Shown: piece after piece, positions 1 through 12,794 of the stretch | How the letters are laid out: the number at the start of each line of letters is the position of its first letter | Position numbering within the stretch: the first letter of the stretch is position 1 | Assembly: GCF_001194135.2 (NCBI RefSeq) | Contig: NC_069004.1 | Span: forward strand, 27,744,265 to 27,808,264 | Source: Octopus bimaculoides | Lineage: Eukaryota | Length of the DNA: 64,000 bases | Direction: 5' to 3' | Translations under genes and position numbers: made by a program | Notes under the pieces: model-generated | Databases searched by the model: none | Seen by the model: the letters and a program-made list of their open reading frames with translations, nothing else | What the model was told of the DNA's origin: nothing

Positions 1-168
1 GCAATAAATCATTTTCTTCTGGCCTTACAAAGAAAACGAGTATTTTTAAGGGTTTTTTTTTTTTTTTTTTTTTTTTAATGTGGGCAAAAGAAATAGTTTC
101 CTTTCAGAAAATAAAAGTAAACTATATTGTTAAAAAAAACACAAAAAACCCCCCAGAAATCTGTAAGC

Positions 169-178
169 NNNNNNNNNN
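169..178. other. assembly gap (10 N)
   Basis: run of N. Confidence 1.
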
Positions 179-188
179 TATATATATG

Positions 189-223
<35 letters not shown>

Positions 224-1841
224 CATACATACATACATACACGAATCATTTTTTTTTATTGTGAAACTATATAGCCTATATATATATATATATGTGTGTG
301 TGTATGCACTTGCACATGTACATGTGCTTGCATGTTCCATTTTGTTTGAATATTTATGGAAAGCGTAAGTCTTGCAAATGCAAAAACCAGAAATTATTCA
401 TATTGTATATTTAATGGAATTACACTTGTTTTTTTTTTATTTGTTTCTCCCTTATTTCTTTTTTCATTATGTTTTTATTCATCACAGTGTTCTCTTTCTC
501 GCTTTCACTTTCATGGCGAGTTTGGGAGGCATATTAAATCACTATCTAATTACACATGACGGATAATATGTATCTTACCTTTTTAAACTATAATTGAAAG
601 AGTTGTTTATCGTGCATTAAGAATTCGAGAATATATATGGAAATTCTCTTCACTCACACATCAAACGGATATGCATTTTGTTGTGAATAAAATGTTTACA
701 TTATCTGTATAATATTTGTGGAAATGTCAGCTTGGCTCAGAGGTTATAATCTAATTTTGCTTCATAAATGATATGGTAATAATAATAATAATATTGATGA
801 TGACGATAGCTATGACGATAATGTATTACCAGATAATTGCGTCGGGGAAATTTTCATATCATAAATATGAATGTAATCAGAGGAGTCTTCATTGAATGTT
901 TGGTAGATGGTGCTGGCAATTCAGCTATGATTATTATGACTCGGTTGGTGTTACCGAATCATAAAAAGGGGCTGTAAATGACTATTGGCTCTTCAAAAGT
1001 GTGAAAGGAATCGACTACCTAGCAAGGGAAAGTGAGAGAAAGCGAGAGATACTTGATCATGTTCAAAATTGGTTCGTTATCTATATAAAAGCATCTGATT
1101 AAAGAACTGGTAATAATTTCCCATTACTTTTATTATTATTATATATTTATGGTATGTGTAAGGGGAGATATGGTCATTATGTAATGCAGAGATATGATGG
1201 TGAAAATGGAGGTATGCCTTTAGTTTTGAAATGCTTGTAATTTCTTTACAATAGCACCGTGATGAAACTCTTGTGGCAGTAACTGAAAGAAGTAGATCCA
1301 TTGTTGGGAAGTTTATCTACTTCATGCTAGCACACTAATAGAAGTAGTCAAATCAGCATTTAGAAAACACAATTTATGTATGTTATGCTCAGAGAAGCCT
1401 TGTTGGTTGTGGCTGTTGTGTAAGTTAGTCCTGATCAAGTAGACTTAACATCAAAGACATTCCAGGTTTTAGCCATCTCTTCTTTTATTCACACAGTGTA
1501 TCTAGGGCAACATATCCCAGTGTGTTCTGTTTAAAAGCAAGAGGATTTGGTTGCTACTACTAAGATGTCAAGTAACTCTTTAGAGGCTTAAACTTTGGTG
1601 AGACTCCCATTATTTTCCAGTGTGTCATTTCTATCGCTTTGCCTTTCCAAAGCATTTTATAGTTTGTCCTAAATGTCCATGCTTGTTTTTAGACTTTCAA
1701 TTATCCCTTGTTTCATATGGTCCGAGTAATATAAAGGTTTCCTTTCATAAGCCCCAAGTTATTCTGATGCTTGGGAAGAAAAGAAGTTAAAATGAAGAGG
1801 ATTTGGCTGCTGCTACTAGTAAGTCTCAAACTTTGGTGAAG

Positions 1842-2031
1842 CATCATCATCATCATCGTTTAATGTCCGCTTTCCATGCTAGCATGGGTTGGACGATTTG
1901 ACTGAGGACTGGTGAACCAGATGGCTACACCAGGCTCCAATCTGATTTGGCAGAGTTTCTACAGCTGAATGCCTTTCCTAATGCCAACCACTCCGAGAGT
2001 GTAGTGGGTGCTTTTACGTGCCACCGGCACG
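1842..2031 (-). mobile_element. SINE-A, 5'-truncated, (GAT)n tail
   Basis: (cat)n-cgtttaatgtccgctttccatgctagcatgggttggacg...gatgcctttcctaatgccaaccac; near-identical copies at 17191, 30820, 33797 and 58008. Confidence 0.9.
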
Positions 2032-3439
2032 AACACCATCGTTTAATCAGTATTCTAGTGATGGCAATCTCCTCTTCCTTCTTTCTGGTATAGAGAGCCT
2101 TATTTTAAAGATGAATTTATATGCAGGGTATTTAGCTGATAGAGCAAATGAAGCTACTGTGTGAAAAATTGCTTACTAGCATGTATAATAGCCAAAAGGT
2201 GGAGGTAAATAATGCCATTGTTAGTCAACTACAGGTTTGAAGTTTGCTCTGTAGGTCACTGAACAGTTGCTAAAGTTATTGATTAGAATATTGATAGATG
2301 ATGATAAAGATGGTGAGCAGAACAACAACAACAATGATGATGATCTAGACAGGGAAATCCTATTCAACTAGAACCTATCTTTCTTTCTTCCATTTTCAAA
2401 ATAACTACTTGGTCATGAAATTGGCCCTTTCTCTGTTCATTTGTGTTTTATTCTCTGTTTGTGTCTAATTCAAAAGATATTACTTTCAAAACAATTCATT
2501 ATTTTATTACCAATGATTCTTATTGGACATGAATTAATGACATATTTTAGAAATTATTTCATTTCCTATAAGATTAACCTAGCATTTTCCAGCAAACATC
2601 AATTTCCTAAACCATTAAATTTGACTGTCACCTGTTAAGATTTCAGGCTGTATTGCTCCTACAAGAAACTTCTCTGTTTAATCAGCGAAATGCTTTTGAG
2701 AATCAAATAATATTTATCTGTGTATAATAGTGTATGCTCAGCAAGTAAAATATATTTGATGTTGCTGTAAGATGCTAACTTCCATATAAATCATATATTG
2801 TCACTTTCTATCTCAAACACGAACACTGTCCATGAATTCTGAATCATGACACAAAGGAAAAGCTAAAAGCCTGACAGCATTTATTTCTTCGATATTAACA
2901 TATTTCGTATGTCGCTTGATTTCACTTCTATTTATTTGGTCATTTTTTTCTTTTATTGCAACCAGTTTCCCCCCCCCCCCCCTTAGCCTGCTATGGGTTT
3001 GTTTGCCCTGCAAGTTTTTGATATTTTCCAATTGCTATTTTTTGGTAACTTACAGCTGGCTGGCCCACTACATATTTTGTGGTATTAATTTCATTTTCTT
3101 CTTATTTTTCTTATGCTTTCACTGCTTCAATTTTAATGTCTCCATGACATTTTGTTGAGAAGTTACAAAATTTGTAGCATTTATCCTCCATTCATTCTTT
3201 CTACAGCACTATTTCCGAGTGATTTCAGCTATTTTCTTCAGATTTAACTTAGTGCCAAATTTACTTCACAACTTTTCCATTATTAATTAAATTTGCTTTT
3301 ATATCATCATCATCATCATTATCATCATTTAACAACCGTTGTCCATGCTGGCATGGGTTGGATGGTTTGATCAGGGCTGGTAAGCTGAGAGGCTGCACTA
3401 GACTCCACTCTGTATGTGTGTGTATGCGTGTATACACAC

Positions 3440-3479
<40 letters not shown>

Positions 3480-3640
3480 GTGTAGCTGTATGGTTAAGAA
3501 GTTTACTTCCCCACCACTTAAGTTTCAAGTTCAGTCTCACTGTGTAGCATGTTTGCCAGGCGCTTTCTGCTATAAACCCAGGTTGACTAAAGATTTGGTA
3601 TTCAAAAACTGAAAGAAGCCTGATGTTTATTACATATATA

Positions 3641-4006
3641 TAACTCGACTCGGTTGGTCACGAATGACCATGGGTGCGCCTAAGGGATTCCCCTCTGGGG
3701 TTCAAGTCTGAGCAGAAAGTCACCTCACTGGTGAACGCACAACCTAGGGTTGTTTTTATGGAAGACCGGCAGTCGCCCATGCATACCGGCCTCCCCGCTC
3801 CACGCCACCGATGTTATTCAAGGGAAAGGCAAAGGCCGATACAGCTTGGCACCAGTGACATTGCAACTCATTCCTACGGCTGAGTGAACTGGAGCAACAC
3901 GAATTAAGGCGTCTTGCTCAAGAACACTACACGCAGTCCGGTCTGGGAATCTAACTCACAGCCTCATGATCGTAAGCTTGATGCTCTAACCACTGAGGCA
4001 TGCGCC

Positions 4007-4009
<3 letters not shown>
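3641..4009 (-). mobile_element. SINE-D, tRNA-like head, apparently full length
   Basis: minus-strand head gaaggcgcatgcctcagtggttagagcatc...gagttagattccc with A/B-box-like motifs, then ttcttgagcaagac core; the head recurs at 12490, 15770, 47982 and 52062. Confidence 0.8.
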
Positions 4010-4051
<42 letters not shown>

Positions 4052-4124
4052 TAAATATAAGGTTAAAAAATTAAGGTCAAGAAAATACATGTTAAACACA
4101 GTATTGGAACCTTATTTCAAGGTA

Positions 4125-4540
4125 AGTCCCAGGTCTTGTGTCCGTGGAGCACGTTCACCACTTATGGCTACCAGGCATCATCAGCAATACTTAGCAAACA
4201 TCGTTGTAATAATTCCAGGAATTCCAGCATGGTCTTCAGGAATATATTAACTATAAAAAGAGAAGACAGAATGTACAAACAAAAAAATTTATATTACCAC
4301 AAGAATTGTTTCATCTTCAAGATGCACTGCTCTATTAGGGTAGCTGGTGGGGAGGGGAGGCGGTCCACCCTGGACAGCACTTTTAAAGGTATACAAAGAT
4401 AGAAAAATATGGGTGTATATGCATATATACACCCATAATGCTATATATATGCATATTTTATTGGGTGTATGTGCATATTTCAATTCCTGCGCCTTCTTCA
4501 GCACCACATCCAACTCATTAACCATCCACAAATTCATTGC
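4125..4540 (-). mobile_element. possible decayed L1/Tx1-type LINE ORF2 remnant
   Basis: one minus frame with stops reads LSRVDRLPSPPATLIEQCILKMKQFLW*...NIFLKTMLEFLELLQRCLL..W, loosely like the post-RT P..L......FLW region of Tx1/L1; weak similarity judged from memory. Confidence 0.35.
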
Positions 4541-4882
4541 TTAAAAAGCTACTAAATATAGCAGTGTAATGCAATTGGATATCTACTAGTTTTACATATT
4601 AAATACATTCCTGGTAACTGGTATGTTTTGATTTATAAGCCATGTATTTGGTAGTATATTATGGTTGCATAACGAAATTCAGTGTTCCTACCAGCAACTG
4701 ATATATAAACATATAAAACATATAAGGCTTGCACTCTCAACCAAATGATTCCAAGATCAGTCCCATTGCATGGTACCTTGTGCTAGTATCTTCTACTAAT
4801 TCAGTTTGGCCCCACATCAACCAAACTAGATTTGATGGAGAAAAAGTTAAAGAAACCTATTGTGTGCATGTGTGTATGCATA

Positions 4883-5099
4883 TATGAGGGAGTACTAAAA
4901 AGTTCCCGGCTTTTGGTAAAAGAAAATACAGGAGGATCAGTTAATTATGATTTTATATAACATATTTCCATCTCAGATTCACACACTTATTCCAGCTGTC
5001 CTTCAGTTTTTCCAAGCCCCATAAAAGAACTCGAAAGGTTGAGCCTCTAACCAGGCCTTTCATGATACCCTTCGGGCCTGGAACTTTTCAACATCCCCT

Positions 5100-5104
<5 letters not shown>
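4883..5104 (+). mobile_element. mariner-derived MITE
   Basis: imperfect terminal inverted repeats tatgagggagtactaaaaagttcccggc / gcctggaacttttcaacatccccttgta, TA-flanked; second copy at 57766-58369. Confidence 0.8.
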
Positions 5105-5140
<36 letters not shown>

Positions 5141-5145
<5 letters not shown>

Positions 5146-5250
5146 TTGGACAAAGTAATGGAAACATCTTAAAATTTCAAACAAATTCTACAAGGTATGG
5201 ACTCGTACAAAGTTTGAATTGTTTCCAAAGGAATTTTTGTCCATTCTTTA
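5141..5250 (-). mobile_element. Tc1 transposon 3' remnant (transposase C-terminus fused to terminal repeat)
   Basis: minus strand encodes KEWTKIPLETIQTLYESIPCRI, typical of a Tc1 transposase C-terminus, joined to a Tc1-like end ...tttccattactttgtccaaaccct at a TA run. Confidence 0.75.
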
Positions 5251-5903
5251 GTGTTTGTATACACACACACACACACACACACACCATACATATTTATGCA
5301 TTTGTACTGCATGAGTTAATTTTCTGCCTCCAATTATTTTGTATTTGAAACTTTGTTCTTTCAAGTGAAAAACAAGAACACATCTTTATGTTCAACCAGT
5401 TCATAGACAGTTGGGTTATAAAAGATGTTCTATGACATCATCAGAGCTTTTGAATACATGCTTCCTTTGTCAATTCTTTGGAATCTTCTTTTCCCACAAA
5501 ATGGTTGGTGCTAGTGGGAGTGAGTGTAGGTCAATAAGTGGGATACAGAACTCTAGTATGAAATATGTTTTCAAATTATATCTGTAATTAAAGGTAGAGC
5601 TAAATTTCTATGTACTAAATATGATATACTACAAAAAAAAAAAAAACTCTTTTTTCCTTCTTTGTATCTTCCCCCTTTTTTTTTTCATAATATTACCTTT
5701 TCCAAACTTGTTCTGACCAAATATTTTACGAACACAAGACATTTTTTTTATTCAGTAATTTCTTTTATTCATCTTCAGTTTTCAGTATAGCTGGGTATAT
5801 TCTTTCTAATTAAGGTACTTTACAAGATTTATAGCAGAAATACCATTTCCTTTAACAGATAAATGTTTTCCTTCAAACACTGGATGAACAGTGAAAAGTA
5901 AAA

Positions 5904-6273
5904 NNNNNNNNNNNNNNNNNNNNNNNNNNNNNNNNNNNNNNNNNNNNNNNNNNNNNNNNNNNNNNNNNNNNNNNNNNNNNNNNNNNNNNNNNNNNNNNNN
6001 NNNNNNNNNNNNNNNNNNNNNNNNNNNNNNNNNNNNNNNNNNNNNNNNNNNNNNNNNNNNNNNNNNNNNNNNNNNNNNNNNNNNNNNNNNNNNNNNNNNN
6101 NNNNNNNNNNNNNNNNNNNNNNNNNNNNNNNNNNNNNNNNNNNNNNNNNNNNNNNNNNNNNNNNNNNNNNNNNNNNNNNNNNNNNNNNNNNNNNNNNNNN
6201 NNNNNNNNNNNNNNNNNNNNNNNNNNNNNNNNNNNNNNNNNNNNNNNNNNNNNNNNNNNNNNNNNNNNNNNNN
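5904..6273. other. assembly gap (370 N)
   Basis: run of N. Confidence 1.
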
Positions 6274-6869
6274 TATATATATATATATGTGTGTGTGTAT
6301 GTATTTTTGTTTTTGCACTTTTCTTAGCATATTCTTTTATGCAGACATACATATACATCAATGTAGATTGCGTGTGTATGTGATATTTCTCTTTTATGTA
6401 TATTCGTTATTATGTATGTATCTTGTATAAGTTATCATGTCTAAACAATCTACTTAATTAGATGAAATGTTTGGGGAAAAAGTATTTGTCATGTAGATTT
6501 GATAGGAATTTTGGGCATTGAGCGCTTTTGCTAATTTTTTTTCTATTTACTTTTATATGTGATTATATCAGCCACTGCTCTCCTTTTGCATGGAGCATCA
6601 GGGATTATTTTTTTAAAAGGAGTCATATGAAACTTCTCTCAGACTCACTACAGAAGCAGTCAGCATATTCAAACTACATATACCATTCCTAAAAGATGCA
6701 ATTGTTAGAAACCTCAAATCCTTCAAAATTTATCTGAGTTGAGATAAATAAATTTTTTAAAAACCTACCGCATGACACCTGTTCTTGCCCCTCTATCATA
6801 CTTCGACCTCTTATCACTTGGCATAAAGCCACCATCCTCAATTCTATACCCTCTCAGTTGTGGGTCTTG

Positions 6870-7072
6870 TCTTGCAAGTTATTAACTTCAATACTGCCAG
6901 TGCCATGTAAAAAACATCCAGTACGCTCCTGTAAAGAAGTTGACATTAGGAAGGGCATCCACCCATAGAAACCATGCAAACACTGGCACTGGGGCTTAGC
7001 ACAGTCCTCTGGCTCACTGGCTCCTGTTGAACTATCCAACTCATGCTAGCATGGAAAATGGATATTGAATGA
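6870..7072 (+). mobile_element. SINE-A variant, degenerate
   Basis: cattaggaagggcatccacccatagaaacc...catgctagcatggaaaatgga. Confidence 0.7.
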
Positions 7073-7984
7073 GTGTGTGTGTGTGTGTGTGGCTTAGGAA
7101 AAAGAGCAGTGTAACACAGACCCTTTTCCAGGTTCTCTGAGACTGGTTCAATGGAAGGGAAGTAGAAAGCCATCCTCAAACTGAAGACCTGGGCCTCATG
7201 GTTGCATTGCAACAGTGTGAACACAATAAAAGGCAACCTAGGGCCAGTTGTTCCATGTTAATTCTAGGTAAATGGATTAAGTTCACTGCCCAAGTAGACC
7301 ATGGTGGGATTTGAACTTGAAACACTATGAACCAGAAGAAATACCAGAAGGCAGCCCATACAAACTCAAATGATTATAACAGTTAACTGCTCTAAACTAC
7401 TATGTTTGACCACAGAAGTATGAAAGGTAGAGTTGACCCTGGTGAATTTGAACTTAGAATGCAAGGAACTAGAATACATACCACAAAGCATTTTACCCAA
7501 CACTGTATTGTTTCTACCAGTTTGCCCTCTTATAGTACCAACTTGATTGACTGAGAAATATATTTACCTGTACAACACTTGTCACCTAGTTATCATTCAC
7601 AATAAACACATAAGTATCAGATTGCATTCCATAAGGGAGGAGAAAAAAATAAATTGTTTAGAAAATTGTTTATGCAAACCTAAGATTTTCTTTTGTAAGT
7701 TGTGTCACAAAATTCAGGAAACAATAAAAATCATTTATTCAATGTCAAAAGATAATAGTTATTTAGTTTGAAACAAAGCCCCCTAATTTGTAGAGATGGT
7801 TGCATACCTGCAACTTAATCTATCATCCCTGAAGAAATGAAAGACAAGGTGAAACCAAACAAGTGTGAACTTAAAGGAGGTATAAAAGAGATGGAACTAA
7901 AAACTGAGAAGTAGGTTTGGTCTCTCTCAGACTCTGCTTCTCCACTGGTTTCTCTAAAAGCATAAACAATATCCTATATGCATA

Positions 7985-8240
7985 CATTCTTATTCTTTTA
8001 CTCTTTTACTTGTTTCAGTCATTTGACTGCAGCCATGTTACAGAAATTTAAACACACTAATATTGAAAGGCACACACACACACACACATACACTCATATA
8101 TACACAACAGTCTTGTTTCAGTTTCCATCTAACAGATCCACTCACAAGGCTTTGGTTGGCCCTGGGCTATAGTAGAAGATACTTGCCTAAGAACCCAGAA
8201 CCATGTGGTTGAGAAGTAAGCTCCTTACCACACAGCCATG
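7985..8240 (-). mobile_element. SINE-B, internally deleted
   Basis: tactcttttacttgtttcagtcatttgactgc tail and ctcacaaggctttggttggcc...cttaccacacagccatg head. Confidence 0.75.
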
Positions 8241-9023
8241 CTGCACATCTTAATCTTATGTATACATTTTTTGTCGTGACTGTTTTTATGTCTGCTTTTT
8301 CCTGTGGTGACATGGATTTGAATATCTTAATGAAATCTGATCTCTGCAACTCTGATCTCAACCTACCTGTCCAAGAGGCATGAACTCTGAATATGATCTG
8401 ATACACAGTAGATTAGACTTTAATCCTTGTGCAGACCAACTCTCCCTAATGCTGGTAGCATAATAAAATGGATTATGATATATGTCCAAGTGTATTAGAT
8501 AAAAAATCAGGAATTCTGGCATTCATACTTTAACCACGTCCATGAACCAAGTAAAGTGAAACCAGTCACTAATGGAAGTATATAAACTCAACATACCTGC
8601 TCAAAACAACAAGTAAAAATATTTTATAACTTTCTTGCCTAAAGACTTTGTACTTTATCGTTAATGATACAATATTATTCTGTGATGTTAGCTGAAAGGC
8701 TGAGACCAATAATTTGAAGACAGAATAGTGCATGCCACCCATTGAAAATAATAGGTCTTGATAGTATTATATAAACACATTGATACTTGGGCCATAAAAA
8801 ATGACAGGTTTTATACTTACAACAAGTTTTACTGGTCTACTGAACGGTTTAATGGTAGGCTGTAAAAATTGAATTAAAACTGATAATATTATATTTACAG
8901 AAATATTACCATATTATTTATAAAACATTGAAAAATTTACATACACACACACACATGTGAATAGATATGTGTGTGTGTATGTATATATATATATATACAC
9001 ACACACACATATGCATATTCAAA

Positions 9024-9480
9024 GATTTACAGATGTGAGTGTTTAGTAAGAAGTTTTCTTCCCAACCATGTGGTTCTGGGTTCAGTCCTACTGTGTGGCA
9101 TCTTGGGCAAGTGTCTTCTGTATACTGTAGCTTGGGGGCCGACCAAAGCTTTGTGAGGGGAACTGGTTGATAGAAACTGAAAGAAGCTATTGTGCGTGTG
9201 TGTGTGTGTATTATAGAGAGAGGGAAAGGGAGGGAGAGAGATGCATACAATATATAGAGGAGTGTGTGTTTTTGTATATGTTCCCCACACACACACTTGA
9301 CAACTGGTTTTGGTTTACTTACTCCCTTTAATTAGCAGTTCAGCAAAAGAGAGTGATACAATGAGGACCTGGCTTTAAAAAAATAGTACCAGGATTGATT
9401 TGTTTGACGGAAACTCTTCAAGGCATTGCTCTATCATGGGCTGCAGTCCAGTGACTTTGACAAGTAAAAAGGTAAAGGAG
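9024..9480 (+). mobile_element. SINE-B split by an internal microsatellite
   Basis: head ttcccaaccatgtggttctgggttcagtcc...cttgggcaagtgtcttct; degenerate tail ending ...caagtaaaaa. Confidence 0.7.
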
Positions 9481-9532
9481 ATATGTGTATCATACATAAA
9501 TAATTATACTAATATTTATATTTAATTTTAAG

Positions 9533-10515
9533 AGATGAGCTGGCAAATTTGTTAGCATATTGAACAAAATGTTTAGCATCATTTCTGGCTCTTTCCATTC
9601 TGAGTTCAAATTCTGCTGTGGTCAACTTTGCCTTTCATCCTTTTGGGGTCAATAAAAAGAAAAAAAGGTAGCAGTTGAGTACTGGGGTTGATGTAATCGA
9701 ATAACCCCCTCCCTGAAAATTTCAGGCCTTGTGCTTATAGTAAAAAGGATAATTATTAAGGTGAGCTAAATGCTTAGTGAAATTTCTTTTTCTTCATTCT
9801 CACTTCTTTCCTCTTTACTTGAGGCCTATAAGTACCAGTTGAGCACTGAACATGGGGTGCATGTAGGTGACTGCTCCCTCACCTACAATTTTAGGCCCCT
9901 TTCCTATACCAGGAAGAAGCATGCCAGGCAAAATGCTTAATGGCATTTTATTTATTTGCTTTTTTGGGGTTTTTTTTTTTGCTCTGAGTTCTAATTCTGC
10001 TGAGGTCAACTTTGCCTTTCATCCTTTTAGAGTTGATAAATAAGTACCAGTTGAACACTGGGGGTTGATGTAATCAACTAGCCTCCTCCCCACAAATTTC
10101 AGGCCTTGTGCCTATAGTAGAAATGATTATTTTTATTATTATTATTATTTCAAATTCCACCAAGGTTGACTTTGCCTTTCATCCTTTTTGGGTCAATAAA
10201 ATGAATACCAGTTGAACACTGGGTTCGATCTAATCTATCTACCCACCTCTCCTGAAATTACAGGTCTTGTGCCAAAATTTGAAATCATTATTATTATTAT
10301 GGCAAGCTTGACAGAATTGTTAGCATGTCAGACAAAATGCTAAGCAGCATTTCTTCTGGTTCTTTATATTCTGAGATCAAATTCCACCAAGGCTGGCTTT
10401 GCTTCTCATTCGTACAGAGTCAATAAAACAAGTACCAGTCAAGCACTGAAGTCAGTGTAATTGACTTACTCCCTCCTGTCAAAATTGCAGGCTTTGCACC
10501 AAAATTAGAAAGAAT
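9533..10515 (+). mobile_element. array of about 4-5 SINE-C (Nin/Deu-like core) copies
   Basis: repeated ctgagttcaaattc...ctttgcctttcatccttt.ggggtc.ataaa..aagtaccag...ccttgtgc, separated by (ATT)n tails. Confidence 0.85.
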
Positions 10516-11065
10516 TGTTTTATATTACTACTGCAGTGTTGCTGTTGTTTTCTGTTGTAACTTCCTCGTGGTCCATTAATAAATGTTTATAGATATCATA
10601 AAGTATTCTGCATTTGATTCTGCAGAATTAATCTGATTTTCATTGCTGAAAATAGATATTCCAATATATTGTTTCTCCATTATGGAATACATGCTGAGAT
10701 GAATTATAGTTTATTATTGTTGTTACTATTCTTTTTTGTTCATATTGAGTTTTTGGTGAGTTGCTGCAGAATATAGACTAGATGTTTTACGGTAATGTTT
10801 TATATGAGGCTAGCTGGAGGGAAGGTTCATAGGTATGGAAAAGAGAGAAAGAGATACAGAGAAATACTTGTGGTTGAGTTGGGTGGGAGCTTCCTTTTAA
10901 AAGCTGAAAAAAAGTAGCTAAGTTTGCCTTTTTTGTTTTAATTATGTAAAATTGAAAACTGGAAACATTAAATCTGATAATTAGAGCAGTGTAATTGGGC
11001 TTGAATATGAACTGTTTACTATAGAGAGATAAAAATTCATGTAGCTGTAGTTTGTCAGTGTTTAT

Positions 11066-12200
11066 TAATAATAATTATGAGCTCATTGTATAAAGTGCTC
11101 AGGTGCACTACAACTTATCAGAAAAGGTTAAAAGAGGGGGCAGAAAGCAGGCGTATAAATTAAGTACTTGTTGGCACTCCGTCGCTTACAACGTCGAGGG
11201 TTCCAGTTGATCGAATCAATGGAAAAGCCTGCTCATGAAGTTAACGTGCAAGTGGCTGAGCACTCCACAGACACGTGTACCCTTACCGTAGTTCTCAGAG
11301 ATATTCAGCGCGACACAGTGTGACAAGGCTGACCCTTTCAACTACAGGCACAACAGAAACAGGAAGTAAGAGTGAGAGAAAGTTGTGGTGAAAGAGTACA
11401 GCAGGGTTCGCCACCATCCCCTGCCAGAGCCTCGTGGAGCTTTAGGTGTTTTCGCTCAATAAACACTCACAACGCCCGGTCTGGGAATCGAAACCGCGAT
11501 CCTATGACCGCGAGTCCGCTGCCCTAACCACTGGGCCATTGCGCCTCCACTAATTAAGTACAGTAAGACAGCAATGAAAGCTAGATATAGCTGCATGGTA
11601 CACAGAATAATATGTAAAAAGACAGAAAAGTAAACATTGAAATAGCCATAAAGAGGAAAGGGTAGATAAGCATATCAGGAGTAGAGTTGGTGAAATTTGG
11701 GAAGCATAGAATTTTTGAAGGATGCAGTGTCCTGACAGTTGACAACTCATGTGGGTAGTTTGTTCCATGCTTTGGCAATTCTGTTTGCGAAAAAAATGTT
11801 CCCAAAAGCCATGGGTGATGTGCTGTGGACATGGGTGCATGTTGACAAGTGGTAGCGGTACTGAATCTAAAAAGGCAGCCAAAGTTATTTCAGAAATACG
11901 GTGAATAAACTTACGGGCTTCTACCAAGTCAGCTGTTATACATTGAAGCTTTAGCATGGTCAATGGCCAGAGAAGCAATGCATTTGAGATATTGCAACTG
12001 ACAGAAGGTATTCATCTGGTTGTACATCTTTGGACAGCTTCCAATAGGTCGATATTCTGAACTAAATGGGGGTTCCAGACTGCAGATGCAAACTGTAAGT
12101 ATGGATGTTACATTGTCATATATAGTGTTGAATAGATAGATGGTCAGTGGCTGACAAAGGTTTCATTGAAGCTATCAATGAGCAGGGCTATATGTGAAAG
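11066..12200 (-). mobile_element. CR1-clade LINE 3' fragment, decayed, interrupted by SINE-E
   Basis: minus frames give LQFASAVWNPHLVQNIDLLEAVQRCTTR and FANRIAKAWNKLPT*VVNCQDTASFK (CR1 ORF2 C-terminal motifs); the 3' UTR continues past the SINE to an (ATT)n tail at about 11070. Confidence 0.85.
11168..11551 (-). mobile_element. SINE-E, full length, young
   Basis: head gtggaggcgcaatggcccagtggttagggc...ggtttcgattccc (A/B boxes); 10-bp TSD AATTAAGTAC at 11158-11167 and 11552-11561; CpGs intact. Confidence 0.92.
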
Positions 12201-12489
12201 AAATTTAGAAATGACTATTTGTGTTTATTTGTTTTTAAATACACTTTGTGTCAGGCATCATTATCTGTTTTGCCGTGTTCTTTTTTAAAAGTATGAAAAG
12301 TTGTGATTTGATGGATTTGACTGCTATTTCTAGCAGGCCAAACGATCACGTTGAGGCACTGTTATTTGCTCATCACATTAGACCTTGTAAGGTGTGGAGA
12401 GATACTTAACCCTTTCATAAGAATATTGCTTCAGTAAAGATAGAGAATATTTCCTTCATCAGCTGCCCCTATGCACACACATATATATA

Positions 12490-12790
12490 TGAGGGTGCAT
12501 GGCCTAGTGGTTAGAGTGTTGCACTCTTGATCACTAAATTATGGTTTCAATTCCTAGACTGGGTGGTGCATTGTGTTCTTGAGCAAAACACTTCATCTCA
12601 TGTTGTTCCACAATCACTTCAACATTTGACATGTACACCATGCACCTATTCAGACACTGTCAATTCAATGGAGAGATTGAGCTAATGTACAGCACATACA
12701 TTTGATCACCATAAACAAATCATTTGTGCAGGTCCTTTGGCAAAAACTGAACACTCGTACATCATCTCCGATAGGAGAATCCATCATATA
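12490..12790 (+). mobile_element. SINE-D-type head with an alternative tail
   Basis: gcatggcctagtggttagagtg...ttcttgagcaaaacac; the same family lies on the minus strand at about 15565-15770. Confidence 0.65.
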
Positions 12791-12794
12791 TATA

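Noticed and set aside
2255-2312. Isolated splice-site-bounded segments (also 4101-4120, 28190-28244 minus, 29772-29796 minus, 49771 onward)
   Set aside because: Each has a weak acceptor or donor and no recognisable peptide; such matches are expected by chance in AT-rich DNA.
5806-6430. Long ORFs over N gaps (also 34670-35222 and 45932-46381)
   Set aside because: They are almost entirely X residues from gaps.
11470-11551. tRNA genes at SINE heads (also 54971, 4009, 47982)
   Set aside because: A/B-box-like heads run directly into SINE bodies with TSDs, and no complete cloverleaf or terminator is evident.
11550-11978. 142-aa ORF as a host gene
   Set aside because: It overlaps a decayed CR1 whose recognisable motifs lie in other frames, with stops.
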